Source of the DNA: Candidatus Omnitrophota bacterium
GTDB taxonomy: Bacteria > Omnitrophota > Gorgyraeia > Zapsychrales > JAKLDJ01
NCBI GenBank assembly: GCA_022703585.1
Contig: JAKLDJ010000003.1
Span: 142,250-206,249, forward strand
Length of the DNA stretch: 64,000 nt
Direction: 5' to 3'
The notes below the pieces were generated by a model, which saw only the letters and a list, made by a program, of their open reading frames with translations, was not told the DNA's origin and made no database searches. The position numbers and the translations under genes are program-made. This document shows positions 28,378 through 38,757 of the stretch, in pieces (position 1 is the first letter of the stretch; each line of letters starts with the position of its first letter).

Positions 28378-28638
28378 ATGCATCATTTAAAAACCGATAT
28401 GCTTTTTGTTTTAATCCTGTCTTTGCTGACGGGGGCGGGTTGCAGTACGGTTTCGGGCAAAACATCACCCAGTGTTCAGAATCCCCGGGAAGTCGAGACA
28501 GCCGTCGTGGCTATTAAAGATGCTGTTACCGGAGAAAAAACAACTGCCAAATATTGTCCCCTTTGCGGTAGTCATTACAGCGGTCGGGTCCAAACTTGCC
28601 CCAAAGATAATACCTTATTAAAGACGGTGGAAGAGTAG
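28378..28638 (+). CDS. small putative lipoprotein with a C-terminal Cys-rich (zinc-ribbon-like) motif
   Basis: Signal peptide with lipobox LLTGAGC; CPLCGSHYSGRVQTCP. Confidence 0.4.
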   Translation: MHHLKTDMLFVLILSLLTGAGCSTVSGKTSPSVQNPREVETAVVAIKDAVTGEKTTAKYCPLCGSHYSGRVQTCPKDNTLLKTVEE

Positions 28639-28641
28639 AAT

Positions 28642-29202
28642 ATGGCGCTTAGTTTTGCCAATAAAGTAACCATTGCCCGTATCTTAGCTGTCCCTTTCTT
28701 TATTATCGTACTTCTCTATTATTTGCCTTCGCGGGAATATTTACGTTTGGTGGCTTTAGGGATATTCCTGCTCGCCGTTATTTCCGATGTGATTGACGGC
28801 TATATTGCCCGCACTCGCCATCAAAAAACCAAAGCCGGTTCGATTTTGGACCCGGTAGCGGATAAATTCTTGTTGATCAGCGCTTTCATCTGTCTGTATA
28901 AAATCGGCAGCTTGTTGGGGCCGATAAAATTCCCTTTGTGGGTGGTGCTGATTGTTATCAGCCGGGATGTTATTCTGCTTATAGGGTCGATGATTATTTA
29001 CATGGTTCACGGGGATCTAAACATTGTTCCCACCCGGTGGGGCAAGGCGACCACATTCTTTCAGATCCTCTGCGTGATTGGTATTTTGATGCAATGGGAT
29101 TTTTCTTTTGTGTTCTGGTATTGCGCGGTCTTGTTAACCGTTATTTCCGGCGTGGGGTATATCCGTACCGGCATCAAGGTCCTCAATGTTGCTCCCGGTT
29201 AA
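28642..29202 (+). CDS. pgsA: CDP-diacylglycerol--glycerol-3-phosphate 3-phosphatidyltransferase
   Basis: CDP-alcohol phosphatidyltransferase motif DVIDGYIAR...G...DPVADK; multi-TM. Confidence 0.8.
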   Translation: MALSFANKVTIARILAVPFFIIVLLYYLPSREYLRLVALGIFLLAVISDVIDGYIARTRHQKTKAGSILDPVADKFLLISAFICLYKIGSLLGPIKFPLWVVLIVISRDVILLIGSMIIYMVHGDLNIVPTRWGKATTFFQILCVIGILMQWDFSFVFWYCAVLLTVISGVGYIRTGIKVLNVAPG

Positions 29203-29824
29203 AATTATTCTAAGCATCATTATCAGCTATCTTCTGGGGTCTATCCCGACAGCCTATTTATTCGGTAGGCTCTATAAGGGTATCGATATCCGCCAGCATG
29301 GTTCCGGCAATGTCGGAGCCACGAATGCCTTTCGCGTCTTAGGCAAGATTCCGGGCACTATCGTTCTTTTGTTAGATATCGCCAAAGGGACAGTTGCCGT
29401 AGCTTTGGTTGTGGATCTTTTAGGTTTGGAAGGAATTATTTTTAGGGTCTTAGCTGGGATTGCCGTAGTGATCGGGCATAACTGGACTGTTTTTTTGCAG
29501 TTTAAGGGAGGCAAGGGAATCGCCACAGGCTTAGGTGTTTTGATAGGCCTAACGATAAAGATCGCGGCCATAAGGCCGGTGCTTTTACTGACCGTAGCTA
29601 CTTGGGCTGTTGTGTTTTTGGCGACCGGCTACGTATCTGTTTCTTCGGTAACTGCGGCGACATTGCTTCCGCTATTTATGCTGCTTTTAAACGGATCAAT
29701 TGAACTGATTATTTTAGGTGTTATTTTCTGTATTTTTGTTGTCTTGCGCCATCGCCCCAACATCAAACGGCTTATCGCCGGAACCGAATCCCGCGTTAAT
29801 CTCCCTTTTAGGAAGAAAAAGTAA
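29186..29824 (+). CDS. plsY: glycerol-3-phosphate acyltransferase PlsY
   Basis: SYLLGSIPTAYLFGR, GSGNVGATNAFRVLGK. Confidence 0.9.
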   Translation: MLLPVKIILSIIISYLLGSIPTAYLFGRLYKGIDIRQHGSGNVGATNAFRVLGKIPGTIVLLLDIAKGTVAVALVVDLLGLEGIIFRVLAGIAVVIGHNWTVFLQFKGGKGIATGLGVLIGLTIKIAAIRPVLLLTVATWAVVFLATGYVSVSSVTAATLLPLFMLLLNGSIELIILGVIFCIFVVLRHRPNIKRLIAGTESRVNLPFRKKK

Positions 29825-30206
29825 TAGAAATCCTGCTGATAATCCACCTTTTCTAATGTCCTGCATTTTTGGCCTCAAGGTTTCTCCTTGTACCTTTTTA
29901 CCCTAAAATCTATCCGAATTTCATAACTAAAATTGGTTATTTTGCCCGGAAGAAAGTCTTGTGAAACCGAATAAATCATCGTTATTTTCGGCTATTAGCG
30001 TCGAGAAAGTAGGCTATTGAGATGAAAACTGGCTAATCTTTGCCCCGTCGGAAAACGTTTTCTCAAAACCCCTTGGGATGCCTTGTTTTACGTTTCGCCC
30101 GTGTTATACTTCAATTGGAAGCGAAGAAGAGTTGAGTAAAGAAACTTATTTCGCGAAAAAGCTAACGCAAAGCCCATAGGATCCCCACCAGCCACGGATG
30201 GGATAG

Positions 30207-30264
30207 CCGGGTTGCCGAAGAAATAAGGGCACGCACTTATTTTAATCGGCAACCCGGTTTTTTT
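30207..30264 (+). terminator. strong rho-independent terminator inside the 1.1-kb non-coding gap (possible 3' end of an sRNA)
   Basis: CCGGGTTGCCGA ... TCGGCAACCCGG 12-bp stem (with an internal AATAAG/CTTATT sub-hairpin) followed by TTTTTTT. Confidence 0.6.
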
Positions 30265-30944
30265 ATTACCCTGTGGGCTCGGTGCGGGAGGCGAGGGGCG
30301 CGCCCTAAAAGGATGAGGCGATGAGAGAGATACTCTATAAAAACTTAACATCGGCAAAAAAAGGCAGACGCGCGATATCGGTATGCGAGAGATCGCAGGG
30401 CAAGGATTGTTCGACGCGCGTCCAGCGTACTTTTGTTTATCTTGTTCGTTCGGGGGTTCTGTCTCGCAAGGAGTTGCCTCAGCCGGTTTTTCATATCGTG
30501 AAGACTTTTAACACCAAGACACGCACGGAAAGATTTTATTTTCGCATGAAGGGTATTTCTTATGTGGTCCAAAATGACTGCTTTTTAGAAGTCAGTTTCT
30601 GCCATTCTTTGCGGATCGATGTCATCCCCAAATTAGTACCGCAGTCGCGGTAAGCCAACCCTTAGGATTTCCAAGAAGTTCAAACTATTTCTCTCGGGTC
30701 GCTAATTTTTTTATTTTCATGATAAATTTCACTATTCCAGGGGTGATTATTGATTGACTATAAAATGCTTTTGTGATAATTTATACGTTCACGGCCACAA
30801 TGCTGTGTCATCAATGATGCGGATAGAGTTTGGCTACGGGAGTATCAACCCTGAGAAATACTCCGGTTTGTCCCTCGACTTTCGCTCGGGATGGTGAGCG
30901 TAAGTCGAACCAAAAGCCGGGGATGAGGCGAAGGGTTTATTGCG

Positions 30945-31637
30945 ATGATTAAGGACAATATTACGCACCTTAAAAGTAATATCTCTTTAATTTGCGAAAG
31001 GTTAGGAAAAGATCCCGGTGAAGTAACGGTTGTCGGGGTCACGAAGTTTGCCCCGGTATCCGCGATAGAAGAAGCTCTCGCCTGCGGGATTTCTGATGTG
31101 GGAGAGAACAGGGTTCAGGAGGCGGTTAAAAAATATTCCGCTTTTAAGAATCCCGGAAAAATTAAAAGGCACATGATCGGGCATCTGCAAACCAACAAAG
31201 TCAAGGATGCCCTTGAAATATTCGATGTGATACAGTCCGTGGACAGCCTGAAACTGGCGGAATCTGTTGAGAGGGTTGCCGCAGGCCTTAAGCGCCAGGT
31301 CGATATATTTATCCAGGTCAATATATCGGGCGAGCAGCAAAAGTTTGGAATAGGCGAACAAGAAGCGATGGCGCTCATCAGGGAATCTTCGAAATTCGAG
31401 CATCTGAAGGTTAGGGGACTGATGACTATTGCGCCTTTAACCGAGGACGAACAAATCATCCGGAGTTGCTTTAGGGGTTTAAGGCAGTTGCGTGATAAAG
31501 TCAACAACGAATTGCCCGGTCGCAATAACGTAGAAATGAAGTTTCTTTCCATGGGCATGACTTCGGATTACCAAATAGCCCTGGAAGAGGGGGCCAACAT
31601 GCTGCGAATCGGCAGGGGGATATTTTCCGATGTATAA
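30945..31637 (+). CDS. yggS: YggS-family pyridoxal-phosphate homeostasis protein
   Basis: VTVVGVTKFAPVSAIEEA (PLP lysine), HMIGHLQTNKVK. Confidence 0.85.
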   Translation: MIKDNITHLKSNISLICERLGKDPGEVTVVGVTKFAPVSAIEEALACGISDVGENRVQEAVKKYSAFKNPGKIKRHMIGHLQTNKVKDALEIFDVIQSVDSLKLAESVERVAAGLKRQVDIFIQVNISGEQQKFGIGEQEAMALIRESSKFEHLKVRGLMTIAPLTEDEQIIRSCFRGLRQLRDKVNNELPGRNNVEMKFLSMGMTSDYQIALEEGANMLRIGRGIFSDV

Positions 31638-32427
31638 AATAGGAATCATAGGCGGCGGTAATATGGGCGAGGCAATTATCAGCGGTTGCCTGAAGCGTTT
31701 TTTTGTCTATGTCAGCGAAAAAGATGCAACCCGCCGGAATTATTTGCTTAAGAAATACCGCCTGGAAGGTGTTGATGTTAAAACGCTCGCTCAAGCATCA
31801 GAAATTATCATTATCGCTGTTAAGCCTCAGGATATTGACGAAGTCCTGACTGTCCTAAGGTCGGTCGTTAAACTTAAGGATAAATTAATCATTTCGGTTG
31901 CGGCAGGAGTTACGACCCGGTATCTTGAAAGAAAATTGGGAAATAATTGCAAAGTTGTTCGCACCATGCCCAACATGCCAGCCCTGATCGGAAAAGGCAT
32001 TACAGCCGTTTGCAAGGGGCGCCATGCCGGAAAAAAGGATGTCGATTTGGCCTGTAAGATTTTTGATAATGTCGGCAAAACAGTCGTTGTTGCCGAGGAA
32101 TTGATGAACAGTGTTACGGCGGTCTCCGGAAGCGGCCCGGCGTATGTTTATTTATTTATGGAATGCCTGATTAAGGCGGCGCAGTCTTTGGGCCTAAAAG
32201 AGGCTTTGGCTGAGGAGCTGGTAAAAAATACTTTTTCGGGAAGCCTTGAATTATTGCTTAAGAATAACGACAATCTCAGCCCCGGGATTCTTCGCGCCCG
32301 GGTAACATCCAAAGGCGGCACCACGCAAGCGGCGTTGGAAGTTTTTGCGCGCAGGAAGTTCGAGCGTATTATCGCGGATGCGCTTAAGGCGGCGCAAAAA
32401 CGGGCAAAAACCCTATCGAGAGGATAA
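31630..32427 (+). CDS. proC: pyrroline-5-carboxylate reductase
   Basis: KIGIIGGGNMGEAI Rossmann N-terminus, P5CR C-terminal dimerisation domain. Confidence 0.85.
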   Translation: MYKIGIIGGGNMGEAIISGCLKRFFVYVSEKDATRRNYLLKKYRLEGVDVKTLAQASEIIIIAVKPQDIDEVLTVLRSVVKLKDKLIISVAAGVTTRYLERKLGNNCKVVRTMPNMPALIGKGITAVCKGRHAGKKDVDLACKIFDNVGKTVVVAEELMNSVTAVSGSGPAYVYLFMECLIKAAQSLGLKEALAEELVKNTFSGSLELLLKNNDNLSPGILRARVTSKGGTTQAALEVFARRKFERIIADALKAAQKRAKTLSRG

Positions 32428-32432
32428 AATTT

Positions 32433-33293
32433 ATGGGCAAAGTCGGTGTTATCGGCGGCAGCGGTTTGTATGCAATGGAGGGGCTCAAGCGGTTTAAGAA
32501 GGTCAAAGTTGAGACCCCGTTTGGCGATCCTTCCGACGATTACATAGCTGGCACCGTCGATGGTATTGATGTTGTTTTCCTGCCTCGTCACGGCAAAGGG
32601 CACAGAATTTCTCCCAGCGAGATCAATTACCGCGCGAATATTTTCGGAATGAAAAAGCTCGGTGTGGACGCCATCGTTTCCGTTTCCGCCTGCGGGAGCC
32701 TTAAAGAAGAACTTAAGCCTATGGATTTTGTTATTCCGGATCAATTTCTAGACAGAACCAACCGTTGCCGGCAGGCGACATTTTTTACTAATGGAATTGT
32801 CGCCCATTTGGCGTTTGCCGATCCGGTGTGTCCGCAAATATCAGAAATCCTTTATCAAAGCGCCAGAAAATTAGGTATCAGCGTTCATAAGGGCGGGACC
32901 TATGTGAATATGGAGGGGCCTCAATTTTCGACTAAGGCCGAGTCACATCTTTACCGCAGCTGGGGGATGGACATTATCGGCATGACCAATTTAATTGAAG
33001 CCAAACTGGCCCGCGAGGCTGAGATTTCTTATGCCACGTTAGCAGCCGTGACAGATTATGACTGTTGGCATGAAGGGCACGAAACCGTCAGTATCGAGAT
33101 GATCATAGCCAACCTAACAAAGAATATTGCCAATGCCAAAGAGATTCTAAAGCATGCTATCCCTCAGATCGGCAGGTTAAAAAGTTACAGCGCCCAGGGT
33201 GCGCTTCAATACGCCATCGTTACCGATAAGAAATATATCCCCGCGAAAGTCAAGAAAGACCTAAAAATTATCATCGGAAAATACATCAACTAA
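32433..33293 (+). CDS. mtnP: S-methyl-5'-thioadenosine phosphorylase
   Basis: VGVIGGSGLY, PRHGKGH, PNP/MTAP family signatures. Confidence 0.8.
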   Translation: MGKVGVIGGSGLYAMEGLKRFKKVKVETPFGDPSDDYIAGTVDGIDVVFLPRHGKGHRISPSEINYRANIFGMKKLGVDAIVSVSACGSLKEELKPMDFVIPDQFLDRTNRCRQATFFTNGIVAHLAFADPVCPQISEILYQSARKLGISVHKGGTYVNMEGPQFSTKAESHLYRSWGMDIIGMTNLIEAKLAREAEISYATLAAVTDYDCWHEGHETVSIEMIIANLTKNIANAKEILKHAIPQIGRLKSYSAQGALQYAIVTDKKYIPAKVKKDLKIIIGKYIN

Positions 33294-33302
33294 ATCACGT
33301 TC

Positions 33303-36173
33303 ATGGAAAATACGTCCGACAAAATGGATTATCGTGCCACTTTAAATTTGCCGCAAACTGGTTTTGCGATGAAGGCCAATCTTGCCCAAAAAGAGCCTGT
33401 TCTCCTGTCGCAGTGGGATAAAGAGGATATTTACAGGCAGATCCGGGAAAAATCAAAAGGCAAAAAGAAATTTATTCTCCACGACGGCCCCCCGTATGCC
33501 AACGGAAACATCCATATCGGGCATGCCCTTAATAAAATCCTCAAAGATATGATTGTGAAGTTTAAAACCATGCAGGGCTTTGACAGTGTGTATGTCCCCG
33601 GCTGGGATTGCCATGGGTTACCGATCGAGCATCAGCTTTTTAAGGAACTAAAGACCGATAAATCCAAAATCGATTGCGTTTCATTCCGAAAACAGGCGCA
33701 CGATTACGCCATGAAGTATGTCGGTATTCAAAAAGAACAATTTAAGCGCTTGGGGGTTTTTGGCGACTGGGATAATCCCTATTTAACGCTGACTCCCGAA
33801 TACGAATACTGGATTTTAAAATCACTGGCGACTCTAACCCAGGACGGCTATGTTTATCGGGGACTCAAGCCGGTCAACTGGTGCGCCAGCTGCGAAACGG
33901 CGTTGGCTGAAGCTGAGGTCGAATACGAGGACCACGAATCCCATTCCGTCTATGTAAAATTCAAAGTTAATAACCCGGAAGTAATTAAGGGATTTCCCAA
34001 AGGCAAAGAATTATTCTTGTTGGTCTGGACGACGACGCCCTGGACGCTTTTGGCCAATGTTGCCGTCGCCGTGCATCCGGCGTATAAATATTATTTTGTC
34101 GAGAATAACCAAGACGGCGGCAATAATAATGAAATTCTCATCATCGAAAGCAGCCGGTACAAAACTTATTTTCTTGAAACAAAACTTGCCGGAGACATTA
34201 TTAAGACTATAGCCGAAGACGGTGAAATAGAAGGGAGCGGGCTTACAAAATTAAATTATGCTCATCCTTTCGGCTTAAGAAAGAATTGCCCCGTTGTTAC
34301 GGCTGATTATGTGACCAGGGAAGACGGCACGGGTTTAGTTCATACGGCTCCGGGGCACGGCATGGAGGATTACCAGACAGGGTTAAAATACAAATTGGAT
34401 ATTGTTGTGCCGGTTGATCATCGCGGCATCTATACGAAGGAGGCCGGAGATTATGCTGGCCAACATGTTTTTAAGGCAAATGAAAAAATAATTGAAGATC
34501 TTCGAGGAAAAAGTTTGTTTGCGAATGCAAAGATCAACCATTCCTATCCGCACTGCTGGCGTTGCAAGAAACCGATCATCTTCCGCGCAACGGAACAGTG
34601 GTTTCTAAAAATCGATCATAAAGATTTACGGAAGAAATTGGTCGATGCGATTGAGCGTGATATCGTATGGGTTCCTCCCGCAGGGAAGGAGCGTATTTTA
34701 GGAATGGTGGCTACTCGCCCCGATTGGTGTTTATCGCGTCAACGGTATTGGGGTGTTCCTATTCCGGCACTGATTTGTCGCGGGTGCGGCGGTAAACATC
34801 AATTATACGCTCCGGTTATAGAACATTTTGCCGGCATTGCGAAAAAAGAGGGCAGCGACGCCTGGTTTAAGCGGACGGTGAGTGAATTGATTCCGCCCGG
34901 ATTTGCCTGCCCGGATTGCCACAAAAACGATTTCGAAAAAACAAACGATATTCTCGATGTCTGGTTTGATTCGGGCGTCAGCCACCAGGCTGTTTTAAAA
35001 GGGATGCTTAAAGAAGAGCCGCCGGCGGCACTTTACCTGGAAGGTTCGGACCAGCACCGCGGATGGTTTCAGTCGTCACTGATTCCTTCTGTTGCCATCG
35101 ACGGCCGGCCGCCTTACCGGGCCGTTTTAACCCACGGTTTTGTGGTCGACGGCCAGGGAAGGAAGATGTCAAAATCGCTGGGCAATGTTGTTTCGCCTCA
35201 GGACATCATGAAAACGCACGGGGCGGATATCTTAAGGCTGTGGGTTGCCGCCAGTGATTACAACGATGATATCAGGATTTCAAAAGAGATTTTGGACCGA
35301 TTAGTTGATGCCTATCGAAAAATCCGTAACACGGTGAGATTCCTGCTAAGCAATCTCTACGACTTTGACCCTGACAAAAACAAAGTATCCAGCGATAAAT
35401 TATTGGATATTGACTGCTGGGCTCTTTCCCGGCTTACGTTTACGCTTGACGCTGTAACCAAGGGTTACGAGGCCTATGATTTCGCCAGGGTTTATAAGGC
35501 CATTTATTCATTCTGTAACGATGACCTCTCCAGTATTTATCTTGACATCCTAAAAGATCGATTGTATACTTCTGCCTCCTCGTCCTCGGAACGTCGAGCG
35601 GCGCAAACGGTTCTTTATGATTGTTTGGATGCCTTAGTCAGGATGATGGCGCCTATCTTAAGCTTTACTGCGCAGGAGATATTGACGGTTATGCCCAGGA
35701 CAGCGCAGGACGGCGATATCAAGGATGTGCATCTTTTGGGCTGGCCGGCCTATTCGGGCCTTGAGGATGCGGGAGACGTCGAAAATAAGTTAAAAATCCT
35801 TTTGGACTTGCGTCCCTTTGTATTAAAATCATTAGAAGAAAAAAGACAACAGGGAATGATCGGTAGTTCTTTGGAAGCAAAAGTAGTTATTGAGACGGCG
35901 AGCGACAGGGATTTTAAAGCCTTGAGCCCATTTGACGAAGATGTCCTGCGCGCATTTTTTATTACATCGCAGGCAAAGATTAAAAAGGTTCCCGAGGTTG
36001 TGAACGGCATCAGTGAAGATTTTTCCAAGACCAGAATTATCGTCGAGAACGCTGACGGCCAAAAATGCGGGCGCTGCTGGAATTACAGCCCTGCGGTTGG
36101 CAAGGACAGGGTTCATCCGGTTTTGTGTGAACGGTGTTTAGATATTGTAAAGGAGATCGGTAATGCCAAATAA
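33303..36173 (+). CDS. ileS: isoleucine--tRNA ligase
   Basis: 956 aa; HIGH (PYANGNIHIGHAL) and KMSKS (KMSKSLGN) motifs, CP1 editing domain, C-terminal zinc finger. Confidence 0.95.
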   Translation: MENTSDKMDYRATLNLPQTGFAMKANLAQKEPVLLSQWDKEDIYRQIREKSKGKKKFILHDGPPYANGNIHIGHALNKILKDMIVKFKTMQGFDSVYVPGWDCHGLPIEHQLFKELKTDKSKIDCVSFRKQAHDYAMKYVGIQKEQFKRLGVFGDWDNPYLTLTPEYEYWILKSLATLTQDGYVYRGLKPVNWCASCETALAEAEVEYEDHESHSVYVKFKVNNPEVIKGFPKGKELFLLVWTTTPWTLLANVAVAVHPAYKYYFVENNQDGGNNNEILIIESSRYKTYFLETKLAGDIIKTIAEDGEIEGSGLTKLNYAHPFGLRKNCPVVTADYVTREDGTGLVHTAPGHGMEDYQTGLKYKLDIVVPVDHRGIYTKEAGDYAGQHVFKANEKIIEDLRGKSLFANAKINHSYPHCWRCKKPIIFRATEQWFLKIDHKDLRKKLVDAIERDIVWVPPAGKERILGMVATRPDWCLSRQRYWGVPIPALICRGCGGKHQLYAPVIEHFAGIAKKEGSDAWFKRTVSELIPPGFACPDCHKNDFEKTNDILDVWFDSGVSHQAVLKGMLKEEPPAALYLEGSDQHRGWFQSSLIPSVAIDGRPPYRAVLTHGFVVDGQGRKMSKSLGNVVSPQDIMKTHGADILRLWVAASDYNDDIRISKEILDRLVDAYRKIRNTVRFLLSNLYDFDPDKNKVSSDKLLDIDCWALSRLTFTLDAVTKGYEAYDFARVYKAIYSFCNDDLSSIYLDILKDRLYTSASSSSERRAAQTVLYDCLDALVRMMAPILSFTAQEILTVMPRTAQDGDIKDVHLLGWPAYSGLEDAGDVENKLKILLDLRPFVLKSLEEKRQQGMIGSSLEAKVVIETASDRDFKALSPFDEDVLRAFFITSQAKIKKVPEVVNGISEDFSKTRIIVENADGQKCGRCWNYSPAVGKDRVHPVLCERCLDIVKEIGNAK

Positions 36174-36543
36174 GCTAGATAAAAAAGATCTTTTATTTTA
36201 TCAAAAAGTTTTATCAGAAATTAAAGAAAAGATTGTCAGTGAAATAAAAAAGATCTCCAGCGATGCCTCTACGCCCAGCAAGGACACCTCGGGCGACATC
36301 TCCGGGCATGCCCTTCACATGGCCGATGTCGCTACGGATATGTATGACCGTGAGTTTTCTTTGGGGTTAGCGTCAAATGACCGTGAACTGTTGAGCAAGG
36401 TCGAGTTGGCTTTAAAACGCATCCAAGAGAAAACTTTTGGCGCCTGCGAGGAATGCCATAAGCCCATTGCGGCAGCACGTCTCAAGGCTATTCCCTATGC
36501 GCAACTGTGCCTTAAGTGCCAAGAAAAACACGAGTCCCATTAA
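36163..36543 (+). CDS. DksA/TraR-family C4 zinc-finger protein
   Basis: C-terminus CEECHKPIAAARLKAIPYAQLCLKCQ preceded by a coiled coil; sits between ileS and lspA. Confidence 0.7.
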   Translation: MPNKLDKKDLLFYQKVLSEIKEKIVSEIKKISSDASTPSKDTSGDISGHALHMADVATDMYDREFSLGLASNDRELLSKVELALKRIQEKTFGACEECHKPIAAARLKAIPYAQLCLKCQEKHESH

Positions 36544-36614
36544 AGATTTCTTAAATTTTCGATCAAGCGGCTGCAATATCAGCGGCGGGCTTACCAAAAG
36601 AAAAGCTAAAAATT

Positions 36615-37094
36615 ATGAAAGGCGACAACCACTCCCGGCTGACTATTTTTATTGCGTGCCTTACGGTCTTGGGAGTTGTTTTTTTTGACAGAGTTTCTAA
36701 GGTCTTCTTTACCAGTATTCTCACCTTTGGGGAATCCATCCCGGTTGTACGTGACATCTTTCATTTTACCCTTGTCTACAACACCGGCATTGCCTTTGGT
36801 TTATTTAAGAATCAGGGAATTGTTTTTATCATTATTCCGGTTATCACGGCGATTTTGATTGGATTTAATATTTATTATTACCGCAACAGCAGGGAAGTCA
36901 GCCGGATTTATATTGTTGCCTTTTCGTTGATCTTAGGTGGCGCAATCGGCAACTTAATCGACAGAATTATGTTTGGCCATGTCATTGATTTTATTGATTT
37001 TCGTATATGGCCTGTTTTTAATCTTGCCGATAGCGCCATTACTATCGGAGCATTAATCATCCTCATAAAATGCATCCCGTCATTTGTCAAATAG
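36615..37094 (+). CDS. lspA: lipoprotein signal peptidase (signal peptidase II)
   Basis: Four TM helices, FNLADSAITIGA catalytic Asp motif; classic ileS-lspA linkage. Confidence 0.85.
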   Translation: MKGDNHSRLTIFIACLTVLGVVFFDRVSKVFFTSILTFGESIPVVRDIFHFTLVYNTGIAFGLFKNQGIVFIIIPVITAILIGFNIYYYRNSREVSRIYIVAFSLILGGAIGNLIDRIMFGHVIDFIDFRIWPVFNLADSAITIGALIILIKCIPSFVK

Positions 37095-37804
37095 GGCCGC
37101 TCACTGTTTATTCCTACGGTGCCATGTTGGCCGTGGCTGTTGTCGTTTGCTCCTTTCTTTTGCAGAGAGCGGCGAAGGCCAGGGGTTTTAATCCGGATAT
37201 TATCTTTGATCTTGTTTTCTGGTCAGTCGTCAGCGGCATTATCGGTAGCCGAATCTTCTTTATATTCCTCAACCTTACATATTTTGTAGAACGACCTTCC
37301 GAGATCGTCATGCTTCAGCACGGAGGCTTGGCATGGCAGGGAGGCTTAATTGCCGGAACCTTGACGGCCATTATATTCTTTAAGCGCAAGAAATTGCCGA
37401 TTGCACAGACGGTTGATTTTGTTGCGCCGTATGTGGCCCTGGGCCAGGCGATCGGAAGAATAGGATGCTTCTTAAACGGGTGCTGCTACGGAAGCGAGGC
37501 CGCCTGGGGAATATATTTTCCGGTGCATGAGGCGAAGCTCCATCCGACCCAGCTCTATGATGCCTTGGGGCTTTTGGTCATTTTCCTGATTCTGAAAAAA
37601 TACGAAACAATACGCAAAACCCCGGGCGAGGTATTTTGCCTGTATCTATTTTTGGCGTCATTACAGCGATTTGCCGTCGAATTTTTCCGTGCGGATCATT
37701 CTATCGTTTGGCTGGGTTTGAGCATATTTCAGATCGTTAGTATCGGCATCATGGCGGTATCTCTTTATGCGTACTCATTCCTTAAAAGTCGATTCCCAAA
37801 ATAG
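37070..37804 (+). CDS. lgt: prolipoprotein diacylglyceryl transferase
   Basis: Lgt signature region (GIIGSRIFFIF, GCFLNGCCYG), multi-TM. Confidence 0.85.
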   Translation: MHPVICQIGPLTVYSYGAMLAVAVVVCSFLLQRAAKARGFNPDIIFDLVFWSVVSGIIGSRIFFIFLNLTYFVERPSEIVMLQHGGLAWQGGLIAGTLTAIIFFKRKKLPIAQTVDFVAPYVALGQAIGRIGCFLNGCCYGSEAAWGIYFPVHEAKLHPTQLYDALGLLVIFLILKKYETIRKTPGEVFCLYLFLASLQRFAVEFFRADHSIVWLGLSIFQIVSIGIMAVSLYAYSFLKSRFPK

Positions 37805-38663
37805 CGGTGTCCGGCTTGATGTTTTTCTAACCGAAAATCTCACCGATATCCCTTCGCGTAATTTTGTTAAACATTTAATCGAGTCCCAGGACGTTACGGT
37901 TAATAACAAACCGGCCAAAGCCCATTACAAAGTTTTAGCCGGTGATAAAATTAAAGTTAAGATCCCGCCCGCCAGAGACGGCAGCATTCTGCCGGAAGAT
38001 ATTCCTTTAGATATTTTTTATGAAGATAAGGATTTTCTAGTGGTGAATAAACCCGCCGGGATGCTGGTTCACCCGGCCCAAGACCGTTTCTCAGGGACCT
38101 TGGTTAATGCGCTTTTGTACCACTGCAAGAAACTTTCGGATCTCAATGAGCCGTTTCGTGCAGGAATCGTGCACCGTCTGGATGAGGAGACCTCCGGGCT
38201 CATTGTTGCAGCAAAGAACAATACCTTTCATGCCCAGCTGGCCAAGCAGTTTGAAGAGCACACGGTTAGAAAACGTTACGTTGCCTTAGTCGAAGGGTTG
38301 ATTGAGTTTGACGAAGGCGTCATTGACGCGGCCCTGGGGCGCCATCCGCGCTATCGGGATAAAAAAGCGGTTGTCTTTTACGAAGAAGATGCCAAAGAGG
38401 CCAAGACGTTTTACAAGGTGCTTAAACGTTTTAAAGAGGCGACCCTGGTGGCCCTATTCCCGCAGACCGGAAGGACGCACCAGCTGCGCGTGCACATGGC
38501 GTATTTGGGACATCCGGTTTTAGGGGATACCAAATATGGCAAAAGAAATTCTTTTCCCCGGCTGGCCCTGCATGCCCAGGCCATACGATTTCTCCATCCT
38601 CGCACCGGTAAATCTATCGAATTTTCCTGCATGGTTCCGTCGGAATTCCTGCCAAAGGTTTAA
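37767..38663 (+). CDS. rluD: RluA-family 23S rRNA pseudouridine synthase with an S4 domain
   Basis: HRLDEETSGLIVAAKN catalytic Asp motif, N-terminal S4-like domain. Confidence 0.85.
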   Translation: MRTHSLKVDSQNSGVRLDVFLTENLTDIPSRNFVKHLIESQDVTVNNKPAKAHYKVLAGDKIKVKIPPARDGSILPEDIPLDIFYEDKDFLVVNKPAGMLVHPAQDRFSGTLVNALLYHCKKLSDLNEPFRAGIVHRLDEETSGLIVAAKNNTFHAQLAKQFEEHTVRKRYVALVEGLIEFDEGVIDAALGRHPRYRDKKAVVFYEEDAKEAKTFYKVLKRFKEATLVALFPQTGRTHQLRVHMAYLGHPVLGDTKYGKRNSFPRLALHAQAIRFLHPRTGKSIEFSCMVPSEFLPKV

Positions 38664-38757
38664 TCGGAATAAAAGAATTCTTTAGAATACTCTTTACTTA
38701 TTGTTTTCATTTTATATAATAAGAACAAGTATAAGAAAAGATTAGAGAAGAGAGGAG

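Noticed and set aside
30321-30653. 110-aa + ORF in the plsY-yggS gap whose start region shares an exact 11-mer (GGATGAGGCGA) with the yggS upstream region
   Set aside because: An 11-mer match within about 1 kb is expected by chance at about 0.1. The protein is very basic with no recognisable fold, and three mutually overlapping ORFs on both strands cover the same DNA. It is treated as non-coding (see the sRNA finding).
29825-30944. Searched for tmRNA, SRP RNA or 6S RNA in the large gap
   Set aside because: No tRNA-like acceptor/T-arm (GGTTCGANTCC...CCA) and no tag-peptide reading frame ending in ..LAA-stop could be found on either strand, and no SRP domain-IV motif. I cannot call any named ncRNA here by eye.
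32148-32744. 198-aa minus-strand ORF overlapping proC/mtnP (and similar antisense ORFs at 770-1072, 2245-2658, 8136-8618, 17572-17949, 31002-31558, 53974-54420, 61868-62582)
   Set aside because: All lie antisense to well-supported genes with recognisable domains and have odd composition, so they are treated as non-coding shadows.
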